This document shows positions 1 to 12,093 of a DNA stretch of 64,000 nucleotides, piece by piece. Below the pieces are notes generated by a model. It saw only the letters and a program-made list of their open reading frames with translations, was not told where the DNA came from and did no database searches. Every line of letters begins with the position of its first letter. Position 1 is the stretch's first letter. The stretch is from Bugula neritina (Eukaryota; Animalia; Bryozoa), in contig OZ037773.1 in assembly GCA_964035545.1 (NCBI GenBank), forward strand, positions 10,507,751 to 10,571,750. Reading direction: 5' to 3'. A program made the translations under genes and the position numbers.

Positions 1-192
1 TGAATGCCACTATACATACCTCTGCAGTTAATTTTACAATATATTTTATTTCTGCAGTTAATTACTTTACATATTTCTGCAGTTAATGTCACTACATCCT
101 TCTGCAGTGAATGCCACTATACATACCTCTGCAGTTAATTTTACAATATATTTTATTTCTGCAGTTAATTACATAACATATTTCTGCAGTTG
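1..192. repeat. TCTGCAGTTAAT-based compound tandem repeat
   Basis: A ~107-bp higher-order unit starts at 1 and at 108. Confidence 0.8.
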
Positions 193-444
193 CAGTGTGC
201 ATATATATACTCACATACTATACTATAGCATGTTATATCTGACATATCATATTGTAATATATTACATCATGTAACACAATATACATGATGTAATCCCATA
301 ACACAATGCATTGAAAAAAAAACTCAAAGTGTTTAATATTTTAAATAGCTTAGTATTTTATTTTTTTAATTGTGTCAAGTAACTAATAATCTCTGTCACA
401 CACATCACTTTAGTTGGTTATGTTTTCTTGTTTACTTCTTCATG

Positions 445-653
445 TAGCCAATTTTTTTCTGTAACAACTGTAGTATGTGTAGGCACTGTTGTAAGTAGAA
501 ACTGTAGTACGTGTAGCAACTGCTGTACATGTAGCAATTACTGTAGTATATGTGTAGAAACTGTTGTAAGTAGAAACTGTTGTAAGTAGCAACTGTTGTA
601 CATGTAGCAACTGTAGTACGTGTAGCAACTGCATGTAGTACGTGTAGCAACTG
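445..653. repeat. GTAGCAACTG-type minisatellite directly after the paralog A stop codon
   Basis: Degenerate unit of about 17-20 bp. Confidence 0.85.
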
Positions 654-655
654 CC

Positions 656-3600
656 TTACACTGGTCCCAGACCGTGGTATTTGCTATTGCTGTTCTCCTC
701 AACGTGTATCTTTACTGTCTCTGTGTACCTGCCTCTTATCTCTGCCATACTGATGAAAGAGCGCATACTCTCGTCTACCAGACCACTCTTCAACGCTGCC
801 GCTATGTTGTTGTGACCACTTTCTATCAGCTGCCTCCGCACCGTCTTAGCAGACAGCTGCAGCAGCTCGTTTCTCTGATATTGTGTTTTTATAAACTCTA
901 AAGCCTTTTCTTCAACTTCATGCTGGCTGCGAGCTTTAGCCAAGTCTTCATCCGAAACAACATGACCGTTAGCGAATGAAGAGGCCAGAATTCTGTGTAA
1001 GGAAAACGACTAACTTAACGCAATTCAATAATGTCATAAGTTAACATAGTTCAGTGATATTGTAAGTCATAACAAATGTACTATGTATCTTGCAAGCGAA
1101 TTCTTACAAGTCAGATTTTTCAAAAGAATTAGGCCTGATAGAAAACTGTGTAAAAACTTTAGTTTGTAAAATGACCTCTAAATATAGTATATTATTACCT
1201 TTATCTTAAACAATTGAATTTTATCAATATTGTCTGTTATAATCAATGTAATGTACCACATGCAACCACTGTATAATTGGTGTCACATGCAATCACTATG
1301 CAATTGGTGTCACATGCAACTAGTATACACTGAAAATCACACCATATATGACTTCTAACTAAGGACTACCTTATGAGACCATCTTTGACTTCAGGTGCGC
1401 ATGGGTAGACCTCAATGGAGCCATCGGCTCTAGAAATCCCACAATGCTTCAGCTCAGTGGCTGACTTGATGCCAAAGTATACCGTATAAAGCTGTAAACA
1501 TGTCATATGAGTTTTATATATATTATAACTGTAAACATGTACCACCAGTGGCTATAACATAGGTATAGAAATTATCCTATCTTGCATATATACAGTATAG
1601 TAATATACATTATATAGCTGCAATATGTAAGTGTAAATCACAAATGAAGCCAACATAGAAAATACTCAAAATCATAGTATTCTCACCATTCACAAGTCTA
1701 TATTGCATGACGAGATAATTCCAAATATGTTTATGTCAATTCGAGTTTTTATTATAACAAAATTTATTTTAAATAAATAAATTATTATAGGCTCATGTAG
1801 ACTCTAATTATGTTTTCAGTGTTATTTGAAATACATTATAGTATAATCTAAAAGAACACATTTCATGTCTTTAATTAAAATAAACTTAAAAGGAAACTTG
1901 AAGTTATATTCTAAGAAATGCACAGGATAGACTTGAAAATAACTTAAAATAGACAGAGCGGGTTGTTGTTATACAACTGAGTGAACAAATATATGTAGTA
2001 GATACATATACTATACATAGAGAGTGGATACATATACTATACATAGAGAGTAGATACATACACTATACATAGAGAGTAGATACATAGAGAGTTATAGAGG
2101 GTAGTATATACGTACACAATACAAAGTACCAAAGCTAGGAGGCTCATCTGATGCTTCTATCACCCTCCAAGCTATCTCAACAGTTTCCTTAGATATGATT
2201 AACCTGCGAGTCACTTCTTCAACAGCGACATCTGACAAGTTGTTTCCCTTTCTTGGTTCATCTTCTTTGCTGGAGAGGCATAGAAACTTATAGATTAGTG
2301 ATAAACAGGGTGTCAAGTCATCACATTGCGTCAAGTCATCACGTTACGTCATGTCATCAGCACAGTTGAGGTTTGAGCTCCAATTGAAAGGTTCTACTTA
2401 TTACTAGCAGAATTCTATCAATTAAGTACCATAAGCTTCTATGAAACTGGTTTAATATTTTAATAGTAAAAATAGAAATTAAAATTACTTTTAGTATATT
2501 TCTGTATTTTTTTCAACCAACTGCTACATTTTGTCAGCTGTGCTTGCAACTGTTAGCTGATGCTAAAGATTTGTGGTACTCAATTTTTATTGCTTTACTA
2601 ATATAACCCTTATTTTATGTTTAGCATGTTTCTATATACTCATTGTTTATATGCTCTCTGGAGTAGAAAGCTAGTGCTATATAATATGTATAACATCGAA
2701 GAGTTGTCATGACTAACTAAGCCTGTGTGCTTGTCACTCACCCTACCTTCATATACACAATTATTGTATACCATTATTATATATTATATAATATATCATA
2801 TAATATATTATATTATATTATATTATATTATAATATATTACATTACATTACATTACATAACATTACATTACATAACATTACATTACATTACATTACGTTA
2901 CATTACATTACATTACATTACATTTACATTACATTTACATTACATTTACATTACATTACATTACATTACAATACATTATATTATATTACAATATATTATA
3001 TTATATTACAATATATTATATTATATTATAATATATTATATTATATTATAATATATTATACTATATTATATTATATTATATTATATTATATCATAAAATA
3101 GACAGCATGTTCACTAAACAAACTATTACCTGTAACTGTGACTCACTAATTAGCCTCAAATCTTTGAATAACTCACCACGGGTAGTATACTGGGCTCCCG
3201 TGTTCCAGGAGAAACTTCACAGATTCCAAGCTATGAGCTTTAATAGCATAGTGTAGTAGTGTCCTCACTGTAATATATAGTACCTTGTAGACAGGTTTAA
3301 TAGCATAATGTAGTAGTGTCCTCACTGTAATATATAGTAACTGTATATAGAAACAGGAAGTCACCTGTAGAGTCCTCATAAAGGTGCAGCAGATGAATTC
3401 TCTTGCTTATCAGAAACTCGAGAAACTCCCTCGAGTCAGCAGATGCGAGTCTCTCGATAATGCTATCCTCGGCTCTCCGCTCTAGCAGAACTTCCGGGTA
3501 CGCCCTCGTCTGGCAGCAGTTATCACAATATACGGCAGCAATTGGTGGGGAGGTTATGTTATAGGCAGCAGTCATTATATTACAAGCCAGAAGTTATTAT

Positions 3601-4261
3601 ACTGCAGTTATGTTATAGTCAGCAGTAAACATGGAGGTTATATTATAAGTCATTATGTAATATAGTTGCATAGAAGGCACATGATCCACTGTAAATTAGT
3701 ATACTGCTATCATAGCTCACTTCCTGTATGAGATGGTTAGAAAGTCTCACCCATTTAGAGAAGAGCCACGCTATAGTCTCAACGGTTGCCCCGGAACATC
3801 TGTTGAGTGCCAGATGTAAAGCGGTGTTTCCTTCACCGTCCCTCTTGCTGACCAGATCTCCGTATATTGGGAACAAATACTTGAACAACTCCCTGGTTGG
3901 AATATCAAACTACTCTCATTATTGTTATTAGTTATTAATATCATTTCGTAATCATTTTCACTGACTTAACCTAAATAGAACTTCCACCACTACATTGTTA
4001 CAGCAGCCATATACTAGACTGCAAACTACACTGTGACATCAATTAGGAGAAAGCTGTATTTGACACTGGCTATAACCTAATGGCAACTGTTTATGTAGAA
4101 TACAGTTCTCACAAGTTCTTGAAGTTTATCAGCTGAAACAGTCCATCTGAGGTACGGGGGCGAATTGAATCCCCCGCATTAAACTGTCTGTGCATCACAA
4201 TGCCTCTGGTTATTGGCAAGTTGCCAGTCTTGACAGCTGCCTGGAGGTGGGTGATGCCCAT
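656..4261 (-). CDS. Ankyrin-repeat protein with C-terminal SOCS-box-like segment, paralog A (about 7 coding exons; the 3' boundary of one exon may be damaged)
   Basis: Exons at approx. 4261-4113 (MGITHLQAAVKTGNLPIT), 3893-3752 (RDGEGNTALHLALN, ankyrin), 3509-3365, 3267-3177 (TLLHYAIKAHSLESVKFLLEHG, ankyrin), 2269-~2116, 1491-1370 and 992-656. GT-AG sites and phases are compatible, and each exon matches an exon of paralog B. C-terminus reads RNELLQLSAKTVRRQL...MRSFI. Confidence 0.75.
2770..3092. repeat. (ATTAT)/(ATTAC)n pentanucleotide array
   Basis: Direct reading. Confidence 0.95.
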
Positions 4262-4299
4262 CTACAAGTATGAGAGACTCTACCAGACGTTGTATAACC

Positions 4300-4409
4300 T
4301 GTGGTGTATGTATAGCATTGTATACAATGCTATACATACACCACACCATAGCTTTTTCTCTGATAGCTTACATAGCTAGCTATGTAAGCTATCAGAGAAA
4401 AAGCTATGG
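4300..4409. repeat. Two abutting perfect, spacer-less palindromes (46 bp and 64 bp)
   Basis: 4300-4345 is TGTGGTGTATGTATAGCATTGTA|TACAATGCTATACATACACCACA; 4346-4409 is CCATAGCTTTTTCTCTGATAGCTTACATAGCT|AGCTATGTAAGCTATCAGAGAAAAAGCTATGG. Confidence 0.95.
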
Positions 4410-4583
4410 AAGGCTTTCAGTTATAAAATAGACAAACCTTGATGTATGTAACATTTGCTTTATATTATTCAACCAGTTTACAATTTCTACACCTACTAAA
4501 TCATATTTATCATACTCTGCACCAGAAACTCAACAAATACTTCCACTAATAATTTCCCTTTTACTCCGCATCATGTTACATTA

Positions 4584-4801
4584 AAACTCACTCACGCAAG
4601 TTTATAGTCACTATCCCTGTGAGAAACCCCTGATGGGAAGGTTTATTGTTAAATCAGGTTAAGGACGTATTCATATGTGGCACAGGAACAATTATGACTG
4701 GATGCTCTTCCTAACGTCACAATGGCCTTTGTCGGGGTTCGAACTCATGACTTGGTGTTCACTAAGCAAACGCTCTAACCCCTAGACCACGGCTGCTCCC
4801 T
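4584..4801 (-). mobile_element. tRNA-derived SINE with 13-bp target-site duplication
   Basis: The minus strand begins GGGAGCAGCCGTGGTCTAGGGGTTAG (A-box-like), contains GAGTTCGAACCC (B-box) and ends in a TGAGTGAG-type tail. It is flanked by the exact direct repeat TCATGTTACATTA at 4571-4583 and 4802-4814. Confidence 0.85.
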
Positions 4802-5069
4802 TCATGTTACATTATACTGCTTTAATTTATCATGTTTCATGATGATAAACTAGCAGATGTGATAAATCATCATAATAAACTATATTGTATTATATCATGT
4901 TACACATTACCATAAAGCGCCACGGTACTATATTACAGCATTGTTCATAATTTTAGTTAAACAACATGTTATAGGTTCATCATAAAAATATACATTAAAT
5001 ACCTCCAGCTATGTGACCTAGTTTCACCAATCTTGCTGATTGGCTGTTAACATTTATTGTTGTCTAGTT

Positions 5070-5498
5070 AGCGTAAAGCCACACGACGCGCGTCGACGCG
5101 CGAGAAATCCCGTTTAGCCCAAAAATTGGATGTCATGAGCGGTATTTTCTTGCGTCTAACATGCTGAGCGAGAAGTGCGGGAAGCTCATGCGTGCTTGAT
5201 CTAATTGGAGGGCACACTTTTTTATTTCAATTCATGTTTTAGCTTTTAGCGAACTGAATTAAAACAGTTTCATATAATTTGCATTTCCGCTTTTATAATA
5301 TCTAAAGTCACTTTGCCTGTGATGTAGTTTTAAAAACAAACGTCTGTAGGCGAGCAGTAAAGTTTAACACTAACATCATTGGTTAATGAATTTTTGCACT
5401 CGCAACACACGCACTGTGTGTGGCAGGTCTATACAGGTATGGGTAAGGGTTTTCTCGCACGTCACGCACATATAAAACGCATCGTGTGGCCCTACACT
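5070..5498. mobile_element. Non-autonomous DNA transposon / MITE-like element
   Basis: Imperfect terminal inverted repeats: left AGCGTAAAGCCACACGACGCG..CGCGAGAAATCCC versus the reverse complement of the right end AGTGTAGGGCCACACGATGCG..TGCGAGAAAACCC. Locally CpG-rich compared with flanks; no coding capacity. Confidence 0.6.
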
Positions 5499-6985
5499 TA
5501 TACTACAATATCAGGAATTTTGTTCCTGATTCTATGTATCATTTTTTATAAACTTTCATGTTCCAATTCATGTGTAAATACGTACAAACACAGCATTGAC
5601 ATCAAACTGTTGATCTTGTAGCATTTGAGTTACTTTTTGTACATTTTTTTCTTCAACGGCCACTCTGAAATCTAGCATTTTCCTGTCTCTTATAATCTCA
5701 GCCGTTCTATATGCTCTAAAAGCAACCAGCATTATCTATAACGCCATCTGTATACACCACTTTACCCCTCACTATAACATCTGTATCCACCACTTTACCC
5801 CTCACTGTAGCATCTGTATCCACCAAATACTACCCCCTCCCCCCAAATTTGCTACTTGTTTCTATTACCTAAAAATACAAGCTTTAGAAATGTTTAAGTA
5901 AACCATACATACATTGTAGCAGTTTCAAATACAAGCCTGGTATCATTGATTGCCGTAAGCATAGAATACTAGCTTTTTCACAAATATTTGGATGGTAGTT
6001 CATAGTTATAATAATTATTGGACTATTTTTGTCTGCTAGCGCTCAAACATCGTGAAGAGTTGAGTTATAAAAGAATAATAATCTGAGTCAAATATGTACC
6101 TTCCCTGGGATACTTGGTCCATTTTAGCAATTTTTATTGTCCGATAAACCAGTTTTGATCCAGCAAAACTAGCTTCTTTTGGATGGTTTTACTTTTAAAG
6201 TGTGATATTTTATTGAAACATACTTTCTTTTTAAACAATCAAACGATGACATCATCAATGGGTGTAATATGTTGAATATACAAACAACCATAGTTAGAGG
6301 TAAGAACTATGAAAACAATAAACAGAAACAGAAAATAATATGATTCTCTAAAGACAAACAAAGTCATACTAGTTTAGCTGGATATCGTATGTTTCACTCA
6401 TTTTGATTACTGTAAATCTTTGCTGTAAATTAAATTAATTAAATAAAAACGTCAACAAATATTGAAGTTATACCCATCAAAAGTTTATAATTTAGAAAAT
6501 ATTTTTACTACAAAATTATTTGAGCAGCTTATGTTTAAACATGCAAGAAATTGAATGCATCTTCTCATTTATTGTGCTTACAATAGTGGACCTGCGTGTA
6601 TCATTATCATATGACGTGTTGCATTGCAGATTCATTCTGGTTCACTTAGTGATACTTAAACGGCAGAAGTTATTAGTTTTCTAAGTGTTGGTCAGTAATA
6701 TGTATACTGCGGCATCCAGTTACTATTACTTATTACTTACTGAGCCACTAATACAGCTGCTCAGTAAGTTAGCTAGACTATATAACTATACTAGATTATA
6801 CAGCATTGGGAGAGAGAATTCTGATTTGAATACTTTATTATGTAACTAATAAGTACATTAGTTCAGAATCTTATTTAAAGTTAAATATTTTTCAATATTT
6901 TTACAATGTTTAAAGTTAGTATAGTTAGTTAGTCGCCCAGGTCACATGATGCTGTCTGTATAGACTGAGGCTATAGCCCAGGTTA

Positions 6986-9900
6986 CTACTTTCTACAGGT
7001 AGGGTGGCGCTGTCTGTACGGCCCGAGACTGTAACGCTTGCTATTGCTATTCTCAGCCAAGTACTCCTCCAGCTTCTCACCGTATCGTCTCCTCACCTCC
7101 TTCAAGCTGATGTCATTGTGCCAGAACTGGTCTACTCTCTCACTCTCTAGTGCTGCCTCCAGGTTCCCGTGACCACTGTCCACCAGGATCTTCCTCACGC
7201 TGTTGGCAGCAACCTGCACCAAGGTAACGAAGCGGTACTGGTGATGAATGAACTGCAAGGCATCGTTGTCCACATTACGGTTGAAGCGGATACGGGCAAC
7301 TTCTCCTCTCTTCAGTGTGTTAGCATTGGCAAAGGATGATATCAGGATACTGTAACACAACGTTCTGGTGTTGATAATTGAAACCGAAGTTTGTGTTTTT
7401 CATGTCAGGTGCTTTGAACATTTTGTGCTTTTATTTTTTATGAAGATGTCGTAAATTAACTGTTCATTTAAAATCATGATAAATTATAGTAACTTAATCA
7501 AACATATAATATTATGATCATATATTATAATTAAACATTGTAGTATGTAATCATATATGTTATGATGATATGCACAATGAGTGTTCATTTCTCAAGCAGA
7601 CGTCTCTGCTTACCATTTCACATACAGTTTAGTGTTAACAGTTTCTGTGTACATTTACAATAACAAACTACCTCGAGATATTATATTGGAGTATTATTTA
7701 CCGAGTGAGGTCATCTCTGAATTCCAGAGGATACATCTCAATAGATCCGTCACTTCTCACAAACCCTGTGTTCTTAAGTGTCACCATGTCTTTTATACCA
7801 AAATACTTTACAAAGAACTGCAATTAAAATTACAACATCAAGCTGATAAAAAGTTCAATAACGTCAGCACAAAATTATATTATTTGCTTTTCTTTTCCTG
7901 TCAGCCCTCTTAAAATTAAGTAAATGGCTACTATTGATACTTTTTATTTACTGCCCAAGGTTCCAGGTCTAAGAAATAACAATTGTAGGGGTAGTCAATA
8001 CGCACCTCATACAACACTCCAAAGGAGGGAGGTTCTGCTGATGCTTCCACTACTCTTCTAGCTATTTCTACGCTCTCTGGTATTGAGAACCTGATAGCTC
8101 TGATTGCTACGTCTGCTAAGTTGTTGTGGGTTTGGCCCTGTGGACTATGAGTAGACAACAACAAACATTCCAGGTCAGATCTATCATATTCAAACTGATA
8201 CACAGTCAGACCTGCTATATAATGTATAGACATACTTTACATTCTGTCAAACTTTACACAATTGGCTGAAAAAACTCTTAGGAATAAAAGCTCACTTTTC
8301 AATAAATAATTTGGTTTGATTTTGGAGGAGATAAGAGAAGGGTTTGAGGTTTCTGGCTTTGATGATCAAATGCATGAGTGTGGTGACTACAACACACACA
8401 GTAGTGACTACATCATACACAGTAGTGACTACATCATACACAGTAGGGACTACAGTATACACACTGGTGACTACAACATACACAGTAGTGACTACAATAT
8501 ATACAGTAGTGACTACAACATACACAGTAGTGACTACATCACACACAGTAGTGACTACATCATACACAGCAGGGACTACAGTATACACACTGGTGACTAC
8601 AACATACACAGTAGTGACTACAATATATACAGTAGTGACTACAACATACACAGTAGTGACTACAATATATACAGTAGTGACTACAATATACACAGTAGTG
8701 ACTACAACATTATTCACCATTATATATCAATGCTGTGCAGATTATTAAAGGAAATGTTTGATTCTATTTGATCACACGTATTACATAATAGTAATATATT
8801 ACTACAGTATGATATATTGCAGTATATGATATATATTACAGTATATGATATATTACAATATGATATATTACAGTATATGATATATTACAGTATATGATAT
8901 ATTCCAGTATGCTATATTACAATATAGACTGGGCACCTTGCAAGGCCTCGGTGTTACAGAGGAGGTGTATGCCTCTGTCCACAAACAGTTTAGTGAACCT
9001 CAAGGACAGATCATGGGCTAGTCTGGCTACTATTGGTTTCTCAACTCTCTTCTCTAAGATAGACTGAGGACTTGCCTGTATTCAATAGTGTGGGGTTTAA
9101 CAGCTAATACTTTATAGATAGGACAGATGTAAACTCATTTATAGGCTATAATAGCAACTTATAGGCTATCATTCAGAATTTTGACAAATTTATTTTTCAC
9201 CGTTAAAATGTCAAACAATCTAAGCAGGACTAAGCCTAGTTTGAATCTCAAAGTTAAAGGTAGAGGACATTGGGAATGCAAACATTTTTATTAAGCAATA
9301 ACAAATTATAATTAACCAATAGGTATATAAAACAGCAGGTTAATTTTAGGTAGGACAAGGTATTTTTAAAAATACATTCTTATGTATTGAATAGGTAAGA
9401 GCTGTGTTTTGAATTTGGTAGCACAGCCTCTCTTTATAGCTATTAACTCTGTTACTATTAGATACACCACTACATTACTCATCCCATTGTCAATAACCAC
9501 TACAGTTCTATTACTCACCCCACTGTCAATAACCACTATACAGTGCTATTACTCACCCCACTGTCAAGGAACCATTACAGTTCTATTACTCACCCCACTG
9601 TCAAGAAACCACTACAGTTCTATTACTCACCCCACTGTCAAGGAACCACTACAGTTCTATTACTCACCCTACTGTCAAGGAACCACTACAGTTCTATTAC
9701 TCATCCCATTGTCAATAACCACTACAGTTCTATTACTCACCCCACTGTCAAGAAACCACTCAATCTCATCAAAGTGAGCACCTGAGTTAATGTCCAGGGC
9801 CACCTGTAAAGGAGTGAGTCCACGATTGTCTCTCTCGTTGATCAGTTCACCATACAATGGAAGCAGTTCATCCATACAGTCTCTTCAAAGTACAGGTACT

Positions 9901-11029
9901 AGCTATTAGTTACCAGTTACTAGTTACTAGTTACCACTCACTAGCTATTAGTTACCAGTTACTAGTTACTAGTCACAAAGAACTTCTCATGAATACTCAT
10001 CTCAAAGAATAATTATGTTCCATTAATATTATCCTTAGCTATTCTGAGCATTACAGATCGACAATAAATTATTCTTCTAACTTCTGTAGCTACACTTTGC
10101 TATTGGCTATATGCAGCATTAAGCTTGGATCATGGAATGTTCTAGTAACTAGGGAAGTCAGTTTCTTACAAGTTTTTGTCATTTATCAGATGAAACACAG
10201 TCTGTTGGTGCTGATTTCTCTCGGACTTGGCTGGGTCAAATGAACAATGGTTTCTTATCATCACGACGGCTTCAGCATTTCCCACATCTACCGCACGCAT
10301 CAGCATTGTCAGGCCAGCCTAAAAAATATGACTGGCCACATGTACAGTTTACCTAACGTTTGTATAGGAGTGGCAGTTAGCTTTGCTTGCACAAAAGCTG
10401 ACTATTCTTTCGTGGATGGTTTAAAGTTACTCTGTAATTGTCCATTTATTCTGAACAATTATTTGCGCAAGAACAAATTGTGTTATTATTTGTAAGCTAG
10501 AAACTGTAGGATCAGAGTATAACATATTTTCAGCAACTAACAGCTCTTAGTCTCAACCGTAACATCAACACCAAGCACCTGTTATGTGATGTCTCTTATT
10601 ACTCACAACTGTAACATCAACACCAAGCACCTGTTATGTGATGTCTCTTATTACTCACAACTGTAACATCAACACCAAGCACCTGTTATGTGATGTCTCT
10701 TATTACTCACAACTGTAACATCAACACCAAGCACCTGTTATGTGATGTCTCTTATTACTCACAACTGTAACATCAACACCAAGCACCTGTTATGTGATGT
10801 CTCTTATTACTCACAACTGTAACATCAACACCAAGCACCTGTTATGTGATGTCTCTTATTACTCACAACTGTAACATTACCACCAAGCACCTGTTATGTG
10901 GTGTCTATTATTACTCACAACTGTAACATTAACATCTAACTCTCCCTCTTCAAGAAGCTGTCTCATGACCTCCAAGTCATTGTTATCAATTGCATCAATG
11001 AGGGTATCAGTCTCAGCTCTGTAATACAT
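6986..11029 (-). CDS. Ankyrin-repeat protein with C-terminal SOCS-box-like segment, paralog B (about 8 coding exons)
   Basis: Exons: 11029-10919 (LIDAIDNNDLEVMRQLLEEGELDVN), 10318-10170 (GLTMLMRAVDVGNAEAV), ~9890-9741 (RDNRGLTPLQVALD), 9075-8938, 8386-8296 (TLMHLIIKARN), 8180-~7952, 7817-7702 and 7349-6986. Intron positions match paralog A. Confidence 0.8.
8385..8706. repeat. 21-bp minisatellite containing the 3' splice site (about 15 copies)
   Basis: Minus-strand unit contains TGTTGTAG|TCACTAC, matching the real acceptor TGTTGTAG|TCACCAC. Confidence 0.92.
9465..9762. repeat. ~39-40-bp minisatellite containing the exon end and 5' splice site (about 7 copies)
   Basis: Minus-strand unit contains GTGGTTTCTTGACAGTGGG|GTGAGT. 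Confidence 0.92.
10558..10928. repeat. 52-bp minisatellite containing the exon end and 5' splice site (7 copies)
   Basis: Minus-strand unit contains ATGTTACAGTT|GTGAGT. Confidence 0.94.
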
Positions 11030-11420
11030 CTCTAGGCTACAAACATGGGAGATAAATCCAACAGTGTACCAATATTACAATACAGTAATATAATAGTTAT
11101 ATAATGATTTACAATACATAGCAATCTAATAATTATATATTTAATAAATATAGCGACGCAATAATCATGATGATGCAACTTAGCAATGCAATAATAATTA
11201 TAATAATAATAATATTACTGCTTTTCTTACTTCATTAAAAATAACTAAACCTAACAAATTTTTTTCAACTAATAATTTACATTAAACTTTTGAGATTTCA
11301 GTTTTCTTTTCTTTTGCTTATTTTACCAGTTTTGAGTGTTGAAATATTCATAGACAAGATTAGGTGACTTTTTTATTAATAATATTGACTATAAATGGCT
11401 AGAGGTTGCTACAGGTTGTT

Positions 11421-12093
<673 letters not shown>

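Noticed and set aside
2725-3101. Tyr/Ile-rich ORFs here and at 13247-13634, 8292-8771, 40658-41498, 43736-44161, 53490-53942 and 61703-62368
   Set aside because: Stop-free frames through simple or tandem repeats; only the short parts matching spliced exons are coding.
4720-4801. tRNA gene
   Set aside because: A and B boxes are present, but the segment continues into an unrelated body and tail and is bracketed by a TSD, so it is a SINE head.
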